The notes under the pieces: model-generated | What the model was told of the DNA's origin: nothing | What the model saw: only the letters and a program-made list of their open reading frames with translations | Database searches by the model: none | Program-made: the position numbers and the translations under genes | Shown here: positions 52,309-64,000 of the stretch, one piece after another | How the letters are laid out: each line of letters starts with the position of its first letter | How positions within the stretch are numbered: position 1 is the first letter of the stretch | Source: Octopus sinensis | Lineage: Eukaryota | DNA: 64,000 nt | Direction: 5' to 3' | Assembly (NCBI RefSeq): GCF_006345805.1 | Contig: NC_043000.1 | Span: 121,520,001-121,584,000 of the forward strand

Positions 52309-53521
52309 GTTACTGTCCTGTTTTTGTTACCATTTTTTACCCCTCTGCGAAAAGATCTCAGAATTTTAATTGATTTGCTTTTCGCAGGAAGGAAAGTTTC
52401 TTGTCGAAGATACGTCTCGCTTTCACCTTCGAACCGTAGAGTAGATTAAACCATAGCGACTGAAGAAGGTTTTTTTTTCTTTGTGTTCATTGTCCTGTAC
52501 TCTATTTTTTTGTTGTTTAAAAAATCTCCAGTTCCTTTGGTTTGTGTCTATGTTTTCGTTTCGCATTGTGTTCGACGTCTTTTTGGTGTCCTGTACTCAT
52601 ATATACGTGTATATGTACATGTAGAGGTAGGTACGTACATATATGTTTATATATATGCATATTTTTTTAAAATTTATTAATATATTATGTGACGAATCGC
52701 ACGCATCCCTTTTTAAGTAAGATTGTTCTTTATATTAAATTTTGTTCTTGTTATTAACTTTGATGCGCACTCTTAACCTTTCTGTCCCATCCTTTTCTCA
52801 GCCTTCATTCTTTGATTTTCTTTTTCCTCCACTTAACTTGTCTCTTCCTCTCTCTCATTCTTCACTCTCTCTCTCTCTCTCTCTCTCCCTCTTCATTCTT
52901 CATGGTTTCCTCACAACCATTCCCCCTCTTCTCTCCCTTTCTCTTGCTCCTCCTCCCCCTCCTGTCGTTGACCCGCGATGAGACTTCCGCTACTGTCTTT
53001 CTACCCTTACCCTCTCGAGGTGTGGACGACAATTCTTTTTGCTCCGCTCGTCGTTCAGAAAAAAATCCGCGTTCGCAATACTTTTTTTCGTTCGGCGTTA
53101 ACAGCCCTTCTTATCTTGTTTTTCCTTGTCCTGCCTTTTACTGTTTATAATTTGTAGTGTCGTTACTGTCCTGTTTTTGTTACCATTTTTTACCCCTCTG
53201 CGAAAAGATCTCAGAATTTTAATTGATTTGCTTTTCGCAGGAAGGAAAGTTTCTTGTCGAAGATACGTCTCGCTTTCACCTTCGAAACGTAGAGTAGATT
53301 AAACCATAGCGACTGAAGAAGGGTTTTTTCTTTGTATTAATTGTCCTGTACTCTATTTTTTTGTTGTTTAAAAAAATCTCCAGTTCCTTTGGTTTGTGTC
53401 TATGTTTTTGTTTCTCATTGTGTTCGACGTCTTTTTGGTGTCCTGTACTCATATATACGTGTATATGTACATGTAGAGGTAGGTACGTACATATATATTT
53501 ATATATATGCATATTTTTTTA
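52309..53521. repeat. ~360-bp direct repeats (offset 853 bp) flanked by (TA)n; PLE pseudo-LTR-like arrangement
   Basis: 52309-52668 matches 53162-53521 with scattered substitutions; (TA)n runs on both outer flanks. Confidence 0.85.
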
Positions 53522-53524
53522 TTA

Positions 53525-53595
<71 letters not shown>

Positions 53596-55868
53596 GAGGG
53601 CACTATTACACATAGATGCCACACGCTAGGAGGGACTCTTAAAGTCAAAACTACTAAAATAAATAAACACGTACCGAAATCAATTCTCGAAGGAGATCAT
53701 TTAAAAACAGAATTTAGCCGCCTATCACACTGTGATTTCGTAATCGTTTTTTTTCTCTTATGAGGTTTTTCACGCTAACTACTTGATAAATTCTTATGAA
53801 GATTTTATCCCGTATGTATGTATCTATATATGTAAAGAAAACAGAAAATGGAGATAGCATTGCTGAACAACAGTTGATTTGCATGAATTATTATATATAA
53901 ATAATTTACAAAAATACTGCATCTCATCTAACAGCTGTTTCATCTGCCAATGTTTTTTTTGGAATTACCATTATGATGCTAAGAGAATACTTATCATAGT
54001 TGGTAATAGAACCGATTTAATTTATGGAGTTTCATCACAGTGGAAAATAAATAAATAAAAGAAGAGGCAAGTGAAGAAGAAGGAAAGGTTGAATATGGCG
54101 AGAATCATGTCATGTTGCGTGGAGAACCATTGGACGATAAAAAAAAGACCAAAATATAAAATAAGAGGCATTTGGTGGGATATTCCTATGCACAGAGTGG
54201 GGTATAGGTTAGAAAAATAATACCAATTTACGCAAATAGAACAGGTCAAAGAAGGGGTAAAAACACAATAGACAGTTATTCATAATAATTATGTTAATAG
54301 AACTAAGTAATAATAATTTTCGTAATAAATTGCTTATATTTTATTTAATGTTTTATACAGTAGAGTACTGTACTCTACTTTTATTAATTAATGTATTAAT
54401 GTTTAGGTTTATATTATCACAGAAATTATTAAGATCTAAAAAAATATAAATACCTATCTGCGGCAGAAACCCGCGATATACTAAGGAGTCCGTGATATAA
54501 GTCATATGTATATATATAATATATATATATATTAGCCAGAATATTCCACGATTTATTGAGGGCATGATAAGTGAGCTATGATATAGCGAGTGGTTACTGT
54601 TATCGGGAAATTTGCGTCCGTTACCTTGTACCATTTTCAGGAAGTTCTTAATATATTTATCATAGATTTTATACAGCTTATGCAAATGCAGGTAAACGTC
54701 TGCGTATTTCTTTCTTTAAATTTCTTCCTCCTTAGTAATGCTTTTTCTAAGTGATCCTTCTTTCTATAGAGACTTAATCATATTCTAAATGGTACAGGTC
54801 TCATAGAGAGTAAAGTAATAAGATATGCTTTTATTATCAAGCTCCAAACCATTTCTTCGTTCCGTGAATAATAATATATTGATGCAAAAGTAAAATACCT
54901 TAATATTACAAAACTACATCTTTTGTCGAGATTTTGTTGACCATAGGAAATTTACCTTTCTATTTACTTTAAAGGCACGATAAGCAGATAGTTCTTCTGT
55001 GGGCCACCACTTATCACATTTCCAAATCCATGAAATACGCATATGAAACAAATAATCTACACCAAAACATATATATCAGATTGAACTCTATTCCGTAAGA
55101 ACACTATACGATATCATTTTTTGATAAGTATTCCTGACAAGTTAATTAAATGAAACAACAGCAGAAAGTATTCTACACACTGGATAAACATTCTAAATAA
55201 ATGTAATGAATAAACAAACTAAATGAATATTTACTCTGTATCCTCTTTGTAAGAAATTCCATTTATTTAATTAACATAATATTAAAATAAACACTTTTTG
55301 TAGTTTACGACTGTTTTAATTAACTTCGTTAATCCCCCACCCCAGTTTAAACATGCTCATTTATTAACGCAGCTATATTTATCTGTGCTGTGTTTACCTC
55401 TGTTATTTTTACATAGATAATTAAAATCAGGAATGTGATTATAATTTGTACATTGAAGAGTATTTAACAAACACTCAAACATGCCATACAAATCATCTGT
55501 GATTTTCTTTTAAAATAAATATGAGAAGAAAAGAGATACGAAATATTTGAATATATTAATCATTATTCAACAGCTTCTATATTCATCTGGTAATATGTTG
55601 AGCGTACGGTCGTTGGAGAAATGTTTTTAAGGAGAGTATTAAAGAGTATTTGTTAACAACACTTTCAACTTTCTTACTTATATTTCTTTTAAAAATAATA
55701 GAATTCCCGAAGACTATATTTTAAGTATTTATATTCTTCCCTTTTCAACTTGTGTCAGTTTTATTATAACTACTTCTACAATCATTCATTCATCATTGTC
55801 GACTCACAGCCTTGTTGCATTGCAACGTTGCAAGAGAAGTTATCTAGTATGTTCGGGCACTTTTATTC

Positions 55869-56084
55869 TTGGAGTAAAGATTGTTTGCCAACATAACATT
55901 GCAGTCCTGATTTATGACGAATGTTGCTGTAATTTAGCCCCAGGAGACATCGTCGCTAGCTGATTATACGACACGATCGTGTCGTATAACTAGCTGGAGA
56001 AGGTGTCTCCTGGGGCTAAATTACAGCAACATTCGTCATAAATCAGGACTGCAATGTTATGTTGGCAAACAATCTTTACTCCAA
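55869..56084. repeat. 216-bp loopless palindrome
   Basis: Outer 81-bp arms perfectly complementary; centre TTATACGACACGA|TCGTGTCGTATAA at 55976/7; six mismatches clustered between these parts. Confidence 0.95.
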
Positions 56085-57283
56085 AGTACTAATGGTGAAT
56101 ATCTCGCGTCGTGAGATTTACAAATAGTAATTTGCTAATTTTCATTCTTGTTACAGAAAAATGATTGCATATTGGTATTTATACAGGATTCACTCTATTA
56201 CGAATAAAATTACACCAGTCACTCGGCATAAAGTTACACTCATCAACCCCCACCACATGCATATCAAATGTAGATTATTGGTGAGTTGGAGGTGAAACAT
56301 TAAACTCTGCATAAGCTGAATCCCAATATGTCTTTCTTCTATTCGTGTAGCATGTATATTTGACTTCAAATATACAAGACACATGTACCCCATATTTTTC
56401 GCTATTTCTATAATTTAAATTGGTGTGCATCTTATGGTTTCGAAGAATCCAACTCCTAGATACCATCGTGTGACAGTGGGCACAGATGCCAGTGAGAGCA
56501 CGCCATAGTTGATGTTTTACCTCTTTCAATCATTGCATTGTTGCCATGCTGGGGCACCGTTTTGAAGGCTTAGTCCTACAAATGGACGCCAGAAGATAGT
56601 TTTTTAGCAGTTGGTACTTATTTCATCGTCACATTTGTCGCGTCGCTAATTTGCAGAGGCGTAAACAAACTAAGACCTGTTGTCAAGGTGGAAACAGAAA
56701 ACACACAAATATATATTTGGTGAGTTTTCACATAACTGCCGTCAACAAACTTCATTCGCTAGGCATTAGTCGGGACGGGACTCTCGTTGAAGATACTTAT
56801 CTAAGGCACAACGCATGAAGACTGGCCCCTATTCACAAAACCGCAATGAATATTTATTAACCACACAGCTATGTCTATGGAAGTCCGCCTCGTTAACTCA
56901 GTTGTATTCACATTAGACGTGGCAGCTGAATTAGTGTTTAAACTCAGGTGAATAATCTTTTATTAGATGCAGTTACCCAGGTACGGATTCCCAAAAGGGG
57001 CAAACATTCCATTTTGTTTCGCTGCTGAACATACTAGCGAATGAGCTCTTGTTTCTCTGCTAAAGAAATATATTCATGTAAGAAGAAACTTAGGCTTTGG
57101 AATGCAGTTTTTTCTCTAGGCTACGAACGTGAGAATGAGAAAGAGTATGAATGTTCTTCAATACGTTAGTATACATAGTTCTCAAAATATGCTTCTCGAA
57201 AGAGAAAGCATGACCAGATTCCTATGCGCCCTGCATGACTGAGATTGTTTAATTACATGCATGCAGGTACAAACACACACACA

Positions 57284-57335
<52 letters not shown>

Positions 57336-57464
57336 GTTATGAATTCGTATATTAACAAATAAATGGATATTTATATTGTATACTTGTCTGCAAAATAAAA
57401 TCTATAGAGTTAACATTGGGTGCAGGAATGAGGACTGGAAATTTTGACCTCTAAATCCTCCAAA

Positions 57465-57730
57465 GTGGAGGCTCGTGACTTAGTGGTTAGAGTGTCAGCA
57501 TCATGATCGTAAGATTGTGGTTTCGATTCCTGGACCGGGTGACGCGTTGTGTTCTTGAACAAAACACTTCATTTCACGTTGCTCCAGTCCACTCAAGTGA
57601 CAACAATGAGTAACGCTGCGATGGACTAGCGTCCCGTCCAGCTAGGGAACACATACGCCATAGAAACCGGGAAACTGTGCCCATGAGCCTGGCAGGCTTT
57701 AAAAGGGAGCATTTATTATTTTTTTATTTT
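57465..57730 (+). mobile_element. SINE family C, full length, with 14-bp target-site duplication
   Basis: TAAATCCTCCAAAG at 57452-57465 and 57731-57744; T-rich tail. Confidence 0.92.
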
Positions 57731-58899
57731 TAAATCCTCCAAAGCGTCGCCCAAGCAGGAACGCAGTTGAAATGACAGAAACATATAAAATATGTTAATT
57801 TCATATGCATGTGCGTGTGGTCTTGGCTATTTAATCAGGTGTTCGTGTGTAAGTGTATATTAACGACTATGAGTATTTTTTAATGCGCCTATGAGTATTT
57901 CTATGGCAGCTGTGTATTCTAATTGGTTATATGTGTGCGAATCTTTGCATCAGCAATTATATTGTATGCCATCACATAAGAATTAGAGTTTGTTTTATGT
58001 TCATTGCTATAGAAAATAAGACAGCCTTCAATCAACTTATTAAAAGAAGAATACAAAATAGCAACGCTGGAATGAATGCATGAATAATAGGATTATAATT
58101 ACCATATAGATATGTAAATGTAAAATTCGACAAAACTAGCGCTGCTAATGAAGGATCAGACTTGTAAGGACCAATCAGCGATACACTGTATTTGACTTTC
58201 AATATAGACTAATTGGATATCTCATGTGAAGACGTAGAATTTGAATACCAAATAGGAATGCATTTACTACTCATTGTCATGTAAACAATCCTTAAATATT
58301 ACATTTTCCTCTTTTCTCTCCTCCTCTTTCCTTCTTTCTCAAAGACGAACATGCAAGAATATGTGATATACATTAAGTGCATTGATACATATACATTGAT
58401 AGCTAGATACGCACGCACAATCACATGCAAGCACATACACACGCTCCTAAATCTTTCAACGTACTTATATATCTACCTACCTTTTACCCTACTTCACTTC
58501 CTAGTTACGAATCTACCTATGTATGTATATTCTGAGCGTGACATTTGTGGCATTAGGGTAATTCTAACGTCTACATGTATTTCCTATTTACTACGGGTAG
58601 CGTACTTGTATTTGTTTAAGTGATGGGTCCTTTGGGTGCATGTACAACGTACTGATGTCACTTCGGTCCATTGAGCCGGAAATTCTGTACCAATTTACCC
58701 ATACAATCCTATTATAGCTGCACTGCAAGATCATTTTATGAATTAATTGATATGCGTAGATGAGTTTCAATAATGTTGAAGGTGTGTCCATAGTTACTTC
58801 CGCATTGCCCAACATCAGACACAAAACTAATTATGCTTAGTAATTATTTAAGATTACGAAATTAATATTACTGAAATTTCCATTTCCATTCCTTGCGTT

Positions 58900-59190
58900 G
58901 ATTTCTCCTTCCAAATTTACTTGTTGCAGTCATTAGACTACGGCCATGCTGAGGTTACTGTCACACAAAAGTTTATTCTGGTACATACCGTGTAGCTATC
59001 TTTTTGTCAAACCGCTTGGTAATTGGGACGTAAACAAGCCAACGGCGGTAGTCAAGCAGGAATGGTAAGTGAGGACACGCACGTATACACACGATGGGCT
59101 TCCTTCGGTTTCCGTCTATCAAATCCACCCACTAGGTTTTGGTGGGCCCGAGGCTACAGTAGAAGACTTTTGCACAAGGTGCCACATATG
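58900..59190 (-). mobile_element. Decayed SINE family A
   Basis: CGATGGGCTTCCTTCGGTTTCCGTCTATCAAATCCAC..CCCGAGGCTACAGTAGAAGAC. Confidence 0.7.
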
Positions 59191-59207
59191 TAGATATGCA
59201 CATATCA

Positions 59208-59255
<48 letters not shown>

Positions 59256-59323
59256 GAGAGATATATATACATATATACATACATACAGACATGCATGCAT
59301 ACATACATACATGAATACATACA

Positions 59324-59356
<33 letters not shown>

Positions 59357-60030
59357 TTATATATATATATATATATATACATACATATAAAATTAAGGAC
59401 ATCTGTTTGAAATTGATTTTAAATTACTAAATTTCAATGCCAATGTCCTTTGTCACAACAAAACGGTGGGCGATATACATTGGTCAGATTTATGATTAAG
59501 GCTTGCTATATGAAGAGAATGTTTTTGGTATTATAAATAATTTGTCTGTTGTTACTGTTGTTTCTTGTTGAATGTTTCAATGCATTGGCGGTCACAAAAG
59601 AAGTATTCCTTTTGACCCGACAGATGCGTACAGCTCCAAAAATGAAGAACACTATAAGCAGCGTCAAGTTAGCAGCATCGACTGAACGTCGGAAAAATGC
59701 TTTGTGTTATATCTTTCGTCTTTTTAACTTTTGTGCTGAAATCTCGCCTACAGCATTTTGGCATTACAACCCTTCAAAATCGCTGAAATCATAGTTGAGT
59801 GATGCAGATGATCGTTTTCATTAACACACTTCCATTACATCTGCTGGACTTGTGAGTAAATGCAAATCATTTAGCATCAGCATTGAAATTCTCTGACACA
59901 CACATACAATATATATGTATATATATATATATATATTATATATATATATATATATACATATATACACATATATATATATACATATATATATATACATATA
60001 TGTATTTATATATTTATATATATATGTATG

Positions 60031-60087
<57 letters not shown>

Positions 60088-60213
60088 ATATATCTGTGTG
60101 TATAGAGAGATAGAGGTGAGAGAGCGCGCATTTGTACAACGAAAATTATTAGCATCTATACATATTATACATAGATGCTAATATTTTTTCTTGTATTAAT
60201 GCTCTGTCTCTCC

Positions 60214-60279
<66 letters not shown>

Positions 60280-61329
60280 TTATACTGAGATTGAGAGAGA
60301 AAGATAGAAAGAGGGAGAGAGAATTTATACAACAAAAATTATTTGCATCTTCACAATGCTCGACTCTCAATTAATACCACAATAATGGATATATTTCCAT
60401 TTTCATTATTTATTTTTTGTTAAATATTATAATATTTCGGATATAACAAGTTTCATCTGCAGTGACATCTGTTGTAAACATTATAAATCATATTGATACT
60501 TTGACAACACGTGTGTCAGTCGTTGCTAATACTTGTCTCTTTGAAATTCAATAATTCGACTCACACCCCTTGATACCCCGCTGGTTGTCTACCTTAGTTG
60601 ACATAAATAAAATGTATGTATGTGTATGGCGTTAATGATAGTGAAAATCACTTGTATGTCATATATCTGATGATGTAAAGCCTTGTGATGTATTAATATG
60701 TCTGTATGGGTCAAAGTTAATCTGAATTGACAGGCAATTTTTCTGAAAAGTAATTGATTGAAATTGGTTATCTTCGTTTTCATTCATTTTCTAGTTATTC
60801 GAAATATCAAAAGACAAAATATTAAATGTTTTATCGCTGATAAAACAGATCATCAGTCAGGAAAATTTTGTTTATTTTTGAGGTAAATTTGACAAAGATA
60901 TTGGTAAATCTGTCTCGTCTGTTGGGTGAGAAAACTGATTTGGAGTAATATAAGTGAACTAGGTCGTCTCGATTTTTGTGTTCGTTTAGATTTAAAGTGA
61001 TTAAATTGTATCTTCTTTGTTTAAAGATTAATTGAGTATTCATCGTGTCAACCAATATAAAAAGTCATTTTTGTATAAAGAAAAAAGGAAACGGATGCTC
61101 TACTTAGGAAAGCACGCATATACCTTATATAGGCACACAATACACACACTCATACATATATATGAATACACAAATAAATATAGATTTATATGTGTGTATA
61201 TGTGAATTCTATCCAACGCACGTTCTTCGATTTGATTTTCGTTGTGATAGATTCAGTGATATGAAAATAGTGCAGGACGCCTACCTACTAAGGTTTTCGA
61301 TATGAATGGTTCGTATTTCTATTATATAC

Positions 61330-61545
61330 AAGACGGCGAGTTGAAAAAATCGTTAGCCAGCCAGGGAAAAATGCTTAGTGACATCTCGACTATCTTCGTG
61401 TTCTGAATTCAAATTCCATCTACTTCGACTTTGTCTCTCAGCCCTTCGGAGTAGATAAAATAAATACCATTTGATAATTGAGATTTATTCAATCGAAATA
61501 TCCCCTCCCCGAATTGCTGGCATTGTGCCAAAATTTGAAATCAGT
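61330..61545 (+). mobile_element. Diverged family B-related SINE
   Basis: GACGGCGAG..ATCGTTAGC..GAAAAATGCTTAG..GAATTCAAATTCC..CCCTTCGGAGTAGATAAAATAAATACC. Confidence 0.65.
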
Positions 61546-61642
61546 AATCTCTCCTATGCACATTAATTATTATTATATGAGTAAAAATAGACACATACAA
61601 TTCATGTCACACACTCATATATATCCATATTTATATATATAT

Positions 61643-61925
61643 GTGGAAGCGCAATGGCCGGTGGTTAGAGCAGCGGAGTCGCGGTTGGAGGATCGCGGTA
61701 TCGATTCCCAGAACGAGCGTTGTGTGCGTTTATTGAGCGAAAATATCTAAAGATGCTGGTGTACTCTTTTGTACTCTCTCATTCCCAACTTTTTCTCACA
61801 CTTTCTTCATGTTTCTTGAATAACGATGCGATGGACTCCCGTCCAGCTGGAGGGAACATATACGCCACAGAATCCGGAAAGCCGGGCCCATGAGCCTGGC
61901 TAGGCTTGAAAAGGGCGCATAAAAT
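61643..61925 (+). mobile_element. SINE family C variant (tail type 1)
   Basis: Head GTGGAAGCGCAATGGCCGGTGGTTAG..GGTATCGATTCCC; tail CATGAGCCTGGCTAGGCTTGAAAAGGGCGCAT. Confidence 0.8.
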
Positions 61926-62211
61926 AGCATATACATATACGCTGAACGAAATGTGCAGTACATTTTTATCCCATCACATTTATTTTTAATAAATATTCTT
62001 TGCGCTGCCAACGTGAAAATATCGTATAGCTTATAATGTGTTCGAATCTGTATGTGTTTATATTTTTAAGGTGGTTGGTCTTTACCACGTCATTTTTTTT
62101 TACTACAGGAAAACCCTTTTAGCATTTATGGTCATTCAATAATATCCTGTATATTATGGAAACCAAAGCTATCTCATCTACACTCAGTGTGTTATCATGT
62201 TAATCAAAATA

Positions 62212-62784
62212 TTGGGTTGTCCGGAAAGTTCGAGGCGATTTATAGTAGCTTACATTTCAACTTAGTTTAGAACATGGTTTAGTCCATAAAATAGGATTTG
62301 ACTACATCTCTATTTAGAGTAGAGTTTAAGCTATCTTTTCGTGGAAGAAGGTTTATGTTCCCATAACGTGTGTTAATTCTGTAACCCTTTAAAATGGAAG
62401 AAAAGAAAGTTCATTTTCGGCACTTGATGCCTTGGGAACCAGACAAAAATTGCCGCAGCTCGGCTGGGATGTGTTACCCCACTCTACATATTCACCAGAT
62501 ATTGTTCATTCGGATTTCCACTTATTCACCTATTCAGGTCTCTGCAGAATAGCCTTAATGTTAAAAATTTCAATTCCTTGGATGATGTATAAAGGTACCT
62601 TGATGAATTCTTTGCCATGAAACCACCTCAATTCTGGGAAGAGGGTATTTTCAAGTTAAAGGAAATATGGAGACGCATTGTGCAACAAAATGGTTCATAT
62701 TTGTTTGATTAAAAATGTAATGGCAAGTATTTATTGACCTTGGATTTCTTTTAAAAATCGGCACGGACTTTCCGGACAACCCAA
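62212..62784 (+). mobile_element. Internally deleted mariner element with both TIRs and TA TSD
   Basis: TA|TTGGGTTGTCCGGAAAG ... CTTTCCGGACAACCCAA|TA; MEEKKVHFRHLM (62394) joined to LGTRQKLPQLGWDVLPHSTYSPDIVHSDFHLF. Confidence 0.93.
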
Positions 62785-63799
62785 TATTATATTGCCCATT
62801 GAACGTTGAAAGGTCTAAATGCTGCTTTAACTTCAGGTTGCTTCGATTGTCAACGCTTGTAACTATCGCTAAATAGTACGGTTAATTCGTAAAACACTAA
62901 ATTAAACAGAAATACGGTTTAATAAATAGAACTGAAACATCATTAAAGTGTATATTATTGACTCTAATATGATGAAATTACCAACATACTTTATCACTAT
63001 TAAAACACAACCTGAAAAATAGCTTGAATGATTTGTGCAAGTGTTCCCTATGGATCCCATGTGTTATGAGATCTTTATTGTGAATCACTATGCTAATAGT
63101 ACCCTAATTTCGTATCCGGCATAACTCGTGTATCTAACTGGCATTATATTACTGATATCAATGTAATAAACTACGCTCTTTTCGCGTAATTAAACACGTT
63201 TCTTATTCCAACCAATAGAAAATATGAAACCTTCTTTTTTCTAGTTATACGGATTATATAATGACCGGAAATTTGTCATTCGGCGGTAATCGTCGTATGT
63301 TAAATTTCCGGGTGCAGTCATTTTACACCACTTAAACAAGTAATATTCTTATCAAGTATATAAATACCATGTCATCATATATCTCTTTAACGTATGTTGT
63401 AGGATGTTCCGCAACATTAGAAGAAATCAATATAACGAGCGAACGAGAGCGTATGTAACAGCCATCTCCTCTTCCAATAACACCCAATTGTCAGAGAAAG
63501 TGAGAAGTATGTCAGATAATTTACCAAGATGTTGGGGTTTCACACATATAACTCATTATGGGACTGAACCTCCTGGAACCATGTGGTTGGGAAGCAAGTT
63601 TTTTACCACACAGCCATGCTTGTATATCCACTCGTACACACATGCATCTATCTATAAAGACATGGCTCTGTTCATGTATACACTTCCTTGCAATACTAGT
63701 TAACTCACTGATCACTCTCTCTCATTTTGTGTGTGTGTATATGTGTGCGCGTGCATATATATATATATATATATGTGTGTCTGTGTGTGTGTGTGTGTG

Positions 63800-64000
63800 T
63801 GTCTGTGTGTGTATCGCATAACTGGCACTCATGCCGCTGGTACGTAAAAAGCACCATATGAGCGCGGTCGATGCTAGTGTTGCCTGATTGGCTCCCGTGC
63901 CGGTGGCACATAAATAGCAACCACTACACTCTCGGTGTGGTTGGCGTTAGGAAGGACATCCAGCCGCAGAAACCTTGCAAATTCTGATTGGAGTCTGCTG
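63800..64000 (+). mobile_element. Additional GC-rich SINE-like module running off the window end
   Basis: Follows a (TG)n run; TGGCACTC..GGTACGTAAAAAGCACC / CCGGTGGCACATAAATAGC internal repeats; GGTTGGCGTTAGGAAGGACATCCAGC. Confidence 0.55.

Overview
AT-rich animal genomic DNA, almost certainly from a coleoid cephalopod (Octopus-like). This is inferred from the tRNA-derived SINE families and the extreme (TA)n/(TCTA)n/(ATT)n microsatellite load, not from a database match. No intact host protein-coding gene, rRNA, true tRNA gene or CRISPR array can be supported. Nearly all ORFs in the track are microsatellite or antisense-TE artefacts. The window is a transposon graveyard: at least 3 tRNA-SINE families, RTE and R4/Dong LINE fragments, Tc1/mariner remnants, a Helitron-type 3' end and Penelope-like (PLE) remnants. 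The most interesting layer is RNA-structural, a set of hammerhead ribozyme (HHR) folds. (i) A near-complete type I HHR lies at 11159-11222. (ii) A PLE (RT fragment plus GIY-YIG) is flanked by ~820-bp inverted arms, each carrying a minimal HHR (48401-48450, 51045-51096). (iii) A two-copy repeat carries an HHR scaffold whose core appears to be the swapped G3:C8 variant, and that module is inverted between the copies (26175-26225, 42215-42265). (iv) A degenerate U6-type motif lies at 2669-2705. Several long fold-backs (6770-7345, 36321-36529, 55869-56084) and recent duplications are also present. Coordinates were counted by eye and may be off by a few bases at element edges.
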